A stretch of DNA of 30,780 bases. Source: a virus (lineage: Duplodnaviria > Caudoviricetes). Where the stretch lies: the IMG/VR virus record IMGVR_UViG_3300046051_000034, positions 1 through 30,780 of that record; one strand, given 5' to 3'. Below are positions 1-8,202 of this stretch, in pieces. The notes under the pieces were generated by a model. That model did no database searches and had not been told where the DNA came from. It saw only the letters and a program-made list of their open reading frames with translations. How positions within the stretch are numbered: position 1 is the first letter of the stretch; each line of letters opens with the position of its first letter. A program made the translations under genes and the position numbers.

Positions 1-123
1 CGCAAACGGAAAACGCCCCTGTATCGGTGCCACGATTGCAGTGCTGAATTTGCGGAGCCAGTAGAGCGCGACTCCAAGTGGGGAGGAACGGTGGGCGAGA
101 GTAAGACGGCGACTGAAGACTGA
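1..123 (+). CDS. 3' end of a Zn-ribbon-containing protein (partial, runs off window)
   Basis: Frame +1 reads RKRKTPLYRCHDCSAEFAEPVERDSKWGGTVGESKTATED* (TGA 121-123); CxxC knuckle; convergent with the virion operon. Confidence 0.55.
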   Translation, partial: RKRKTPLYRCHDCSAEFAEPVERDSKWGGTVGESKTATED

Positions 124-179
124 AGCGCCCGAGCAAGCAAGAGTCGCCTGAGAGTGTTGCCACTGGGCGATTGTAACAC

Positions 180-224
180 GCCCCGGCGAGATGGGTGCGG
201 GGTGGGGACTGCCAGCGCCGGGGC
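180..224 (-). ncRNA. Candidate hairpin sRNA/terminator with C-rich loop
   Basis: Perfect 9-bp inverted repeat gccccggcg (180-188)/cgccggggc (216-224). Minus-strand loop contains CCCCACCCC and CCCATC. TATA-like TTTTTAAT on the minus strand at ~249-256. Confidence 0.35.
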
Positions 225-302
225 ACTCAGTACTGCCCGCGCCCTGGTATTAAAAATCAGTCACTCGCCAGCGCCAAGCAGCCAGTACAGCTCATGTATT
301 GA

Positions 303-1565
303 TTACGCAGCCCCTCTCGTTAGCCGTTCTGCGTACGCGTCACGCGCGAACTCCCATCCAAAGTCGAACACCTCAATTGTGTTGGAGGACTGCCCAGTGA
401 CGTAGCAGTAGCGGCCATCAACTGCGGGATCGTGACCGCTGATAGACGATCCAAAGACGTGCTGATCCACTTCGACGATATTCGTCGGATCGGAGACATC
501 GTAGATCGTCACTCGATCGTTCGAGGCTGCGATGGCGTAGTCACCAACAACGCGCAGGCCGCTGGGGCCACTATTCGCACCGTCTGAAACAACGTCCCCG
601 ATGCTGATGCTGTTATCGTAAGCGGGAATGTTCACAGTCGCAAGGGTATTGGACAGGTTGGCAGCGACGACAGCCCACTCTTGATTTAACATATCGATCC
701 GGTTTGCCCCATTTAATTGACTATCGCCGAATGTGGTATCTTCGGACCAATTACCGGAAACGTCAGTTGTCGCGCCATTTGCGACGTTAAGGACCGACAG
801 TTTAACCGATGATCCATCGTCTTGGTCGACAACTATCGCACGAGTCCCCGACATAGCAACGTCATGTGGAGAGTTTGCAGAGGTCACAGCCGACTCGTTT
901 GTTATTGAGAGGGCGTCAGTGTCTGTGACATCGATTGCAGACACCGACCCGTCTTTTTGCGCGGCAAAGAGGTAGGCGCTCCCGATACTGGGGTCAGTGC
1001 GATACCACGCAAACCCATTTGGGTGAGCGCTTGAGAGGCTGACGCTGTCGTTGGAGGCGACTGTTCCGGGTTGGACAAGGACGCTGTGGACGGCAGTGTT
1101 TTCGCCGATGAACCACCGGAAGTCTGGGTCTGATTCCGGGGACGCTGCAACAGCTTGTGCGTTCGTAAAGGACGCGTCACTCGCCGACACTACCGGGCCG
1201 TCACGTGGATAGAGGTCAATCGAACAAACGTTACCATCCTTCCCGGCTGTTATGCCTACCCCCCGACGAATCTCCATGTCGTGGGGGCTGCCGAGTCGGC
1301 TATCCGAGAGAGTGGCGACATGCGACAGTTGCGGGCCGATTCGCCCCTCGTCTGTGGTCACTGCTCTCCACGCTTTCGACGCGGTGCCGAGTTGCTCGGT
1401 CCCGTCCGTCGCAGGGACCATGTCCTGGGCCAGCTCCCAACGTGTGTTTGCGTCGTCGTACGTCAGGACCGCGTTGCCATTCGCGTCCCGAATGACGAGG
1501 TTGCCGTTGCTGTCTTCATCCAGTTCGTAGTTGCTGCCGAGTTCGATGAGTGGTTCAGTTGCCAT
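303..1565 (-). CDS. Putative receptor-binding/adhesin tail protein with LVIVD-type beta-propeller (420 aa)
   Basis: Start moved to ATG 1565 (MATEPLIELG), which overlaps the TAA of the upstream gene. Blade repeats such as GLRVVGDYAIAASNDRVTIYDVSDPTNI and HDPAVDGRYCYVTGQSSNTIEVFD. Last gene of the tail module. Confidence 0.7.
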   Translation of the reverse strand: MATEPLIELGSNYELDEDSNGNLVIRDANGNAVLTYDDANTRWELAQDMVPATDGTEQLGTASKAWRAVTTDEGRIGPQLSHVATLSDSRLGSPHDMEIRRGVGITAGKDGNVCSIDLYPRDGPVVSASDASFTNAQAVAASPESDPDFRWFIGENTAVHSVLVQPGTVASNDSVSLSSAHPNGFAWYRTDPSIGSAYLFAAQKDGSVSAIDVTDTDALSITNESAVTSANSPHDVAMSGTRAIVVDQDDGSSVKLSVLNVANGATTDVSGNWSEDTTFGDSQLNGANRIDMLNQEWAVVAANLSNTLATVNIPAYDNSISIGDVVSDGANSGPSGLRVVGDYAIAASNDRVTIYDVSDPTNIVEVDQHVFGSSISGHDPAVDGRYCYVTGQSSNTIEVFDFGWEFARDAYAERLTRGAA

Positions 1566-2428
1566 TATGTCGTATCCTCCCAGGTTGTTGCGTCGAGTTG
1601 CCAGGGCTGCTCGCCGTAGGAGCGCGGCGACAGCGTCCAGTCTTGGACCAGATGGTCGCCGCCGGGGATGGTCGCGCCCGGCGGCACCGACAGCGTCACC
1701 GTCTGGCGACTGTTCGGCGAGTCGTCGACGAGGTAGTTGCTGCCGTCGCTGACGGTCTCCTCGGAGACGCCGTCGGGATGGCTGCAAGCATCGGCCCATG
1801 CGGCTGCCTGACTGTCGGACAGCGCCAGCCGCAGTGTCCAGTCGCCGCCCGCACTCGTCCCCGACTGCGAGCTGACGCCGACGTAGCGGCCGGAGAGGCC
1901 GATCGTCCCGCGCTGGGTCGCAACTTCCCAAGCGCCGGATTCGGAGACGGTGTTGAACGGTGTGCCGCGGTTGCTCGCGCGGACGATCGTCAGGTCAATT
2001 TCCCACACGTCGGGGGCGCGCTGCTCCTCGCCGTAGGACTGCACGAAGCCGTCAACACTGTCCAGCGGCGGGCTGGCCCACGGCGGCGGCTGCACAGCGA
2101 CAGTTCCGCTGCGCCCGGCGCGGTCGATCACGCGAAAGGCGCCGCCAAACCCTGTCTCGGCCGAGAGGTCGCCCGCGCGGTCGTAGGCTCGCCAGGCGTC
2201 GATAGCGCTGGAGCCCCGGGCGACGAAGCCGATCGACACCGTATCCGGCGTCAGCGTCAGACTATCGCGGGCGACGGTCGCCGTCCGGCCGTCGATGCGG
2301 AAGCCGCCGAGCTGCAGTGTGCCGTCGACCGACAGCGCCCCGTCGACATCCGCCGAGTAATAGCGTTCCGTGTCGCCGCTGGCGACGGTCTTCGTCTCGC
2401 CGCTGGCGACAGACAGGTCACTCGGCAT
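1565..2428 (-). CDS. Tail-tip/minor tail structural protein (287 aa)
   Basis: Acidic, beta-rich ORF coupled to both neighbours in the distal tail module. Confidence 0.6.
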   Translation of the reverse strand: MPSDLSVASGETKTVASGDTERYYSADVDGALSVDGTLQLGGFRIDGRTATVARDSLTLTPDTVSIGFVARGSSAIDAWRAYDRAGDLSAETGFGGAFRVIDRAGRSGTVAVQPPPWASPPLDSVDGFVQSYGEEQRAPDVWEIDLTIVRASNRGTPFNTVSESGAWEVATQRGTIGLSGRYVGVSSQSGTSAGGDWTLRLALSDSQAAAWADACSHPDGVSEETVSDGSNYLVDDSPNSRQTVTLSVPPGATIPGGDHLVQDWTLSPRSYGEQPWQLDATTWEDTT

Positions 2429-4577
2429 TTTTCAGCGCCTCGTATTTGACCGTCAACTTTAGCTCGCCGAGCGCGTCTGTCGTTGCTGTGATATTGTTCG
2501 CGCCGTCGCTGAACTCCCCGGCGACGTCGACCGTCTCGTTGATCGGCGCCGACAGGCCACTGGCGACCGTCGAACCGTCGATGTCAACAGCGACGTTGCT
2601 GACCGTCTTGCCGGGCTGCTCGTTGACGCCGGGCTCAAGCGCGGCCTCGGACGTCGACGTTTCGGTAGTTGTCGTTCCGAGTTCGGTCGTCGACGTTTCG
2701 CTGGTTGTCGTTCCGAGTTCGGTCGTCGACGTTTCGCTGGTTGTCGTTCCGAGCGCGGTGTCACTCGTCTCTGTCGAGCTGACGATGTGGTCGTGGGCGC
2801 CGACCGACTGATGGGCATGGAGGACTGTGATTGACCCGCCCCAGGATTGGTTTGTCTCCATCTGGAGGGTGATGCTCTCGGGTGTGGCGTCCCGCGCGAT
2901 CACGAACACGAACGTCACGACCTCCGTGTCGTCTTGCGATACCCAGTGGAACTGCCCAGTGCTGTCCGGGTAGTAATCGCCGTTTGCATCTTCCAGCCTG
3001 GCTTTGACGGCGAAGTCTGATGTTGCGCTGGAATCGGGCGTAAACAACCCCGCCACATGAAATATCGACCACGACGAGTTGGCGGTGGCGGCTGGCCCAA
3101 CGTCGGCGATGTCATGCCACGAATCGTTCAGCGAAAAGCTGCCTTCGAGCGTCGAGCCCGACGAGACGACGTTCGAGAGTTCGCTGTTGTCGTTGCTCGT
3201 GATATTGATGTCGGTAGTGTGGCTGTGGGTGGGGTGCGTGACATCGACACCGTGGCTGTGGTTGGGGTGCGTGACGTTGACACCGTGGCTGTGACTGGGA
3301 TGTGTGATAGTGGTCTCGTGGGCGTGTCCCGGGTCCGATGACGGCAGGCGATAGGGCCGGGATTCGATCTGGAGTTTGGCCCGGTATTCGGTCAGCGTAT
3401 CCTGTGGTCGGTAGAACGACATTTCATAATCTTCCCCCGATTCGACCCTGTCCCAGCCCTCGCCGTGGGTAAGAGCGTAATACTGGCCGGGGTTGCCGCC
3501 GCGGAACTCGTCGAAGGCGCGGCGCTGCTGCTCGCCCCGGACGTCGCGCGCCAGCCGGCGGTTGGAAAACAGCGCCGAGTATCGCTCGCCGTCGCTATCG
3601 AGGATACGGCTCAACTGAAGAATCCGCAACGGCTCGGCGCCGATCCCGTATGCGGGGAAATCCAGCGTGAACTCGTCGCCCAACTCTGGGCCCACCGCGT
3701 CGTCAATGCCGACCTCAATCTCCAAGTGGTCGCTGTTGGTCTGGAGTTCCGACTGTATCTGATCGGCGATCGCATCGACGCGGTCCTGGGTCTGGGCGTC
3801 CTTGTCGGTATAAAAGCCCCAGTTCTCCCGCGCCGTTGAGCCGTCGATCGTCCGGTCGGCGATAAACTGGGCGCCGCCCTGCTGGCTGCCGAGGACGCGG
3901 ATATGCGTGTAGTCCTCCGCTGGGTCGCGCTGAATCCGGGGCTCGCCCAAGACGTTCCCGTTGCTCGGCGACAGCGTCGTCCCAGTCCGGTCGGCGCCGA
4001 GGCTGGCGATGTAATCCAGATCGAAATTGGCGGTGTACAGCACCTCCGCGCCCGTCGCCTGGGCGAGTTTCGTGATGGATTTGCCGGGGCTGCTGTTGGC
4101 TTCCGAGAAGGCGATCGAGGCGGTCTGCTGGGCGATCGTCCCCTCGCCGACCGTCCCGACGCGGGACAGCAAGTCGTTCTTAACCAGCGAGTCGTCACTC
4201 TTGGGCTGGTAGACGGTGTTGCCCGCGCTGGGCGTCTCGTTGATCGCGTCGCGCTTCGGGCCGTCGAGAATGACGCTCACCAGCGCCCCCTGATACTCCC
4301 AGTCTTTGAGACGGCCGCCGAAGATGTCAGTACCGCCTTCGTCGATAAACAGCTTGTCGTCGACGTCGCCGAGACTATCCTCGATCTCGCCCCAGGCATC
4401 CCGATAGACTGCACACTCGGCGGTGTCGGGCTCGTCCGGCGGGCGGTCGATCCGGCGGTCGATGCGGATGCTCGTGAGACTCGGCGCGTCGGCATCCCCG
4501 AGATCGTCAGCAGAGACGATGTTCAGTTGGTCTGTGCCGCCGCCGGCGTATTCGATGCGTAGTGTCAGGTCTGTCAT
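2418..4577 (-). CDS. Tail hub/central fibre protein with HxH needle repeats (719 aa)
   Basis: Directly follows tape measure (4-bp overlap). Hub-like N-terminal half. C-terminal half has HAH and 3x HPxHSH repeats, an inserted domain, then 3x Thr-rich repeats. Confidence 0.7.
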   Translation of the reverse strand: MTDLTLRIEYAGGGTDQLNIVSADDLGDADAPSLTSIRIDRRIDRPPDEPDTAECAVYRDAWGEIEDSLGDVDDKLFIDEGGTDIFGGRLKDWEYQGALVSVILDGPKRDAINETPSAGNTVYQPKSDDSLVKNDLLSRVGTVGEGTIAQQTASIAFSEANSSPGKSITKLAQATGAEVLYTANFDLDYIASLGADRTGTTLSPSNGNVLGEPRIQRDPAEDYTHIRVLGSQQGGAQFIADRTIDGSTARENWGFYTDKDAQTQDRVDAIADQIQSELQTNSDHLEIEVGIDDAVGPELGDEFTLDFPAYGIGAEPLRILQLSRILDSDGERYSALFSNRRLARDVRGEQQRRAFDEFRGGNPGQYYALTHGEGWDRVESGEDYEMSFYRPQDTLTEYRAKLQIESRPYRLPSSDPGHAHETTITHPSHSHGVNVTHPNHSHGVDVTHPTHSHTTDINITSNDNSELSNVVSSGSTLEGSFSLNDSWHDIADVGPAATANSSWSIFHVAGLFTPDSSATSDFAVKARLEDANGDYYPDSTGQFHWVSQDDTEVVTFVFVIARDATPESITLQMETNQSWGGSITVLHAHQSVGAHDHIVSSTETSDTALGTTTSETSTTELGTTTSETSTTELGTTTTETSTSEAALEPGVNEQPGKTVSNVAVDIDGSTVASGLSAPINETVDVAGEFSDGANNITATTDALGELKLTVKYEALKNAE
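2653..2753. repeat. Tandem 36-bp repeat x~3 (TTELGTTTSETS)
   Basis: gtcgacgtttcg... recurs at 2653, 2689 and 2725. Confidence 0.9.
3219..3307. repeat. Tandem 33-bp repeat x~3 (THPxHSHGVxV)
   Basis: gtggctgtg... recurs at 3219, 3252 and 3285. Confidence 0.9.
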
Positions 4578-7549
4578 ATGTTAATATCGTAGCGGTCCGA
4601 CGCCCGCTGCAGCGTCCGCAGGATATCCCGCTCACTGACGCGCACAGTCCCGTCGTCGCGGATGGCACTGTCGATGCGGTCGAGTTTCTGGACCAGCTCG
4701 CCAGCGACGGTCGAGGAATCGAAGCCATCGGCGACGCTATCCGGATCGAACGATGCTTCGCCGCTGTCGGAGACCTGAGCCTCGGGCAGGACCCGCTCGC
4801 CAGCGTGCAGCATGGCCCGACCGCCGCTGCGGATCGCGCCCCCGGTATCAAGCCGTGGGACGTTGTCGATGACCTCCCGCCCGGCGGGCACGTAATTGGG
4901 GTCGCCAAACGGCGGATCGACGGCGAGTCGGATCCACTCCGCCGGGACCTGAAACTCGCCCGTGAGCTGGCTAAATCGCTTTCGTTGGTGCTTCTTGATG
5001 TCTTCGTCGGTGAGTTCGGCCCCCGGGGGCAGTGACGAGGAGAGGTCGGGGAACCACCGGGATTCGCCGCCAATTCTGTTGAGGAACAGCCGGAGTCCGT
5101 CGAACTGGTTGGCGGCCTCCTCCATCGACAGTTTCTGCAGCGACCCCGGCCCCTCGAACGCCCGCTGAATCTCCCGAGATTGCTTTTGCAGCCGATCCTT
5201 GCGCGGCGGGTCGGTACCCTCACCACCACCACCGCCGCCCCCGCCTCCAGACCCGCCGCCATCGTCCCCGCCGCCCCCACCGCCGCCCCCGCCGCCGCCC
5301 CCGCCGCCCCCGCCGCCGCCGTCGTTCCGGCCCGGGGGCGTGCCGAAGCCACCCGGCCCCATCTGGGCGTCACTGATTCGTTGCTCCATCTCGTCAATGC
5401 TCTGGATGACGCCGTCGGCGGCGGTGGAGACGTCCTGCTGTGCCTGTTCCCACAGGTCTGCAAGCCGTGTCGTGGCGGTATCGACAACACTCACGATTCG
5501 CGGCGTCGCACTTCGCATCTCGGCGACGATATCGTCCATCATATCCGGAATAATAGAGTTGCCCACCATCTCATCGTTCCACTCTTCGTACCGCTCTTGG
5601 GCCGCTTCCGTCTGCTGTTTCGCAGCTTCGTTGATGTCTGGCGTCGCATTATCAATCGTGTCGGCGACGCCGTCCATCATGTCCCCGGCGATGCCCGTCA
5701 CCGCCTCTTTCATGTCCTCAAAGACGCCGACGACAGCGCCTTTCACCATCCCGACAGCCCCGTTGATCGACGGGATCGCGTCCCGGATGATCCGCGGAAT
5801 CTCGTCGAAGAGGTCAGGGACGAGCGAGTTTCCGACGAGGAAGTCCCACAGCGCTTCGAACGGCGCGCGGATCGCGTCGATCCACGCACCGATGGCATCA
5901 CTGACGAGCGATATTGATGCTTCGATGATGCCGATGATACCGTCGATGCTGGTTTGCACCATCGACACCATCGACTCCCAGACACCCTCCCAGTCACCGG
6001 CAAGCACGTCCGTGATGAGGTCGAACACCTCAAGGACATTGTTCAGCGCTGGTTCGACTATCGCAACGAGGAGGTCCAGTGCGTCCTGCAGGATCCGCAC
6101 GATATCGTCGCCGAAGCGCTGCCAGACATCGCCGATGAACGACGTGAGTTGTTCGACCGACTCCGTGAGTTCCTCGCCGTGCTCGTCCCATAGCTGCGTC
6201 ACAAACTCCAAGAACTCCTCTGTCGTCTGCCGGATGAATTCAGCAGCCTCCTGTGTGATCTGCCGAATGTTGCCCCAGTTCTGACTCCATGCAGCCGCCA
6301 GCACCCCCATTCCGGCGACGATCGCGAGAATCGGCGCCGACACGGTTCCCAGTGCAACCGCGAGGCCGCCGACCGCCGTCGCCGCCAGGCCGGCCGCGCC
6401 GGCCATGCCGTCCGTTTTGTCGTTGAGTGCCTGGAACCGATCGGCAGCAACGCTGACCTCCGAGAGGAGGTCCGATAGTGGCGGCAGGAGGACCTGTCCG
6501 ATCGAAATAGCGATGTCTGTGATGTCTGATTTCAGGAGTTGCCACTGTGCTGACAGGGTGTCCAACTGCTTGTTCGCAACCTCCTCGGCCGCGCCGCCAG
6601 ATTCGCGAAGATTCTCTTCGTACGTACCGAGCTGCTCGCTGTTGCCGATGAGCAGATCCAACCCCTGAGACGTCCGGCGGTTGAAGCCAAGCTGCTCCAT
6701 CGCAGCCTGGCGGGCCCCGGTCGACATGCCAGCGAACGCGGTCTCCATGTCGGCGATGATGTCCTGCATCGGGCGCATCTCGCCGTTTGAGTTCGTGACC
6801 TGGACGCCGAGCTCCTCGAACGCCTCGCTGTTTTCGCGGGCGTTCGACTCCAACCCCGTCAGCGTTCGGGCAAGGATTGTGCCAGCGCGGCGACCCTTCA
6901 GGCCCTGATCGGCGAAGACGGACAGCGCGGCGACGCCCTCCTCGGTTTCGACGTTCATCCGGCGCATCGCCGGCGCAGCCTTGTTCGTGAGGGCCGTTCC
7001 GAACTGCTCGACGCTGGCGTTCGCGTTCTGATTGGCCGCCACAAGCATGTCGCTCAACTCGGTGAGTTCGACATTCTCCTTGCCGAGGGCGGACTGAGCG
7101 TCGGTCAGGATATCCGTCGCCTCGGCCATATCGAACATCCCGGCCTGTGCGAACTCGGCGACCTCCGGCAGACTCTGCATCGACTCTTGGGCGTCCATGC
7201 CCGCGCTGGCGAGAAAGTAGTACGATTCAGCAGCCTGTTCGGCAGAGAACGTCGTCTGCTGGGCGACCTCGCGGGCGGCACCGGCCATGTCCTCTTCCAT
7301 CGTCTCGGTGACATCGCCCATGATCGCCAGCGATTCCGTCATGGCCGCGTCGAAGTCCGCCGCGGCGTCGACTGAGGCAGCGATACCGCCAGCAGCGAGG
7401 GCGCCGGCGGCCGCCGATGCCGCCGCAACCGCGCCCTTGAAACTTGAGAGTTTCGCCATTGCGCCATCCAGCGCACTGTTCATCCCGCTGGCGTCGCCAC
7501 TGACGGCGACCTGTACCTCTTGAGACGAATCGAATGGATTTGAAACCAT
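4574..7549 (-). CDS. Tail tape measure protein (TP901-like core, 991 aa)
   Basis: Core motifs TTFSAEQAAESYYFLASAG and GLKGRRAGT; Trp/Phe-spaced helical repeats; C-terminal LDTGG..GG.AMLHAGERVLP motif; located after the tail chaperone. Confidence 0.95.
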   Translation of the reverse strand: MVSNPFDSSQEVQVAVSGDASGMNSALDGAMAKLSSFKGAVAAASAAAGALAAGGIAASVDAAADFDAAMTESLAIMGDVTETMEEDMAGAAREVAQQTTFSAEQAAESYYFLASAGMDAQESMQSLPEVAEFAQAGMFDMAEATDILTDAQSALGKENVELTELSDMLVAANQNANASVEQFGTALTNKAAPAMRRMNVETEEGVAALSVFADQGLKGRRAGTILARTLTGLESNARENSEAFEELGVQVTNSNGEMRPMQDIIADMETAFAGMSTGARQAAMEQLGFNRRTSQGLDLLIGNSEQLGTYEENLRESGGAAEEVANKQLDTLSAQWQLLKSDITDIAISIGQVLLPPLSDLLSEVSVAADRFQALNDKTDGMAGAAGLAATAVGGLAVALGTVSAPILAIVAGMGVLAAAWSQNWGNIRQITQEAAEFIRQTTEEFLEFVTQLWDEHGEELTESVEQLTSFIGDVWQRFGDDIVRILQDALDLLVAIVEPALNNVLEVFDLITDVLAGDWEGVWESMVSMVQTSIDGIIGIIEASISLVSDAIGAWIDAIRAPFEALWDFLVGNSLVPDLFDEIPRIIRDAIPSINGAVGMVKGAVVGVFEDMKEAVTGIAGDMMDGVADTIDNATPDINEAAKQQTEAAQERYEEWNDEMVGNSIIPDMMDDIVAEMRSATPRIVSVVDTATTRLADLWEQAQQDVSTAADGVIQSIDEMEQRISDAQMGPGGFGTPPGRNDGGGGGGGGGGGGGGGGGGDDGGGSGGGGGGGGGEGTDPPRKDRLQKQSREIQRAFEGPGSLQKLSMEEAANQFDGLRLFLNRIGGESRWFPDLSSSLPPGAELTDEDIKKHQRKRFSQLTGEFQVPAEWIRLAVDPPFGDPNYVPAGREVIDNVPRLDTGGAIRSGGRAMLHAGERVLPEAQVSDSGEASFDPDSVADGFDSSTVAGELVQKLDRIDSAIRDDGTVRVSERDILRTLQRASDRYDINI
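5220..5322. repeat. Poly-Gly microsatellite (ccg/ccc units) within tape measure gene
   Basis: Encodes G-rich tracts (GGGGGGGGGGGGGGGGGDDGGGSGGGGGGGGG); the 12-bp unit ccgccgcccccg is iterated. Confidence 0.9.
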
Positions 7550-7594
7550 ACTCGTGACTCCGGGACGCTGAACCCGCTGCGAAAATCGTGTCAG

Positions 7595-7849
7595 TTATTG
7601 CTCCCGCTCACGCGCCCACTCGCGGGCCTTCTGGCGGGTGCACTCTCGACGCTTAGGAAGGGTGCGACCACTACGGGCATCCTTCTGGGCATCCTGTTTT
7701 GACTGTTGTTCGAGTAGTCGGCCTAAGACGAGCGTGTCCGCTTCGACGGGCAACAACCCGCCGACGGGCGCGTCGCCGTTGAACGTATAACCTTGATCGT
7801 GGAGCCAGTAGTAGTACGACGCCGCCGCCTCGGCGTCGGTCAGTTTCCC
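7595..7849 (-). CDS. Tail assembly chaperone, frameshifted extension (gpT-like part of the G-T fusion)
   Basis: The -1 frame continues GKLTDAEAAASYYYWLHDQG... from the slippery site to TAA at 7595; no good independent start. Confidence 0.8.
   Translation of the reverse strand, partial: GKLTDAEAAASYYYWLHDQGYTFNGDAPVGGLLPVEADTLVLGRLLEQQSKQDAQKDARSGRTLPKRRECTRQKAREWAREREQ
7817..7849 (-). other. Programmed -1 ribosomal frameshift signal: G GGA AAC plus 3' hairpin
   Basis: Minus strand GCG GGA AAC TGA (X XXY YYZ at 7849-7843), then after 4 nt an 8-bp stem CGACGCCG/CGGCGTCG with a 6-nt loop. Confidence 0.85.
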
Positions 7850-8202
7850 GCCGCGCTTTGGTCGCGCTGCTCTATCTCGTCGCGGATGTTCCCGTGAACA
7901 CCAGTACCACCCATCGACCAGAGATAGATACCCTGAAGATAACACTGAAACTCGCGTAGCGTCCAGTCCTCCCCGTCGGGGATCGATGGCTCGACGAGAT
8001 ACTCGTCAAGCGGCTCCTGAATCTCATCGACCGACAGGTCGTCAGCGTTCATCATATCCTCAATCTCATCAACCTCGTTGAGGGTGGGAGGGACGAACCT
8101 GATTGTGACCTTTTGGTCGTCGTCGCCCCATTCGAATGTGTGTTCGACTGGCTCGCGCTGCCCGTCGCTGTCACGAAGGTCAGTGAGTCCGTACTTACTC
8201 AT
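7840..8202 (-). CDS. Tail assembly chaperone (gpG-like, 120 aa)
   Basis: Lies between tail tube and tape measure genes; ends at the slippery sequence. Confidence 0.85.
   Translation of the reverse strand: MSKYGLTDLRDSDGQREPVEHTFEWGDDDQKVTIRFVPPTLNEVDEIEDMMNADDLSVDEIQEPLDEYLVEPSIPDGEDWTLREFQCYLQGIYLWSMGGTGVHGNIRDEIEQRDQSAAGN

Noticed and set aside
1-302. Provirus attachment site or genome terminus
   Set aside because: No tRNA fragment, integrase or repeat matching the other end of the window was found.
1566-1931. Arg-rich N-terminal extension of the 542-aa ORF
   Set aside because: It overlaps the 287-aa gene out of frame; the ATG at 1565 gives a TAATG coupling and an acidic protein.
2653-3307. 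36-bp and 33-bp repeats as a CRISPR array or DGR repeats
   Set aside because: They are in-frame tandem coding repeats with no spacers; no reverse transcriptase or adenine-specific variant pair was seen.
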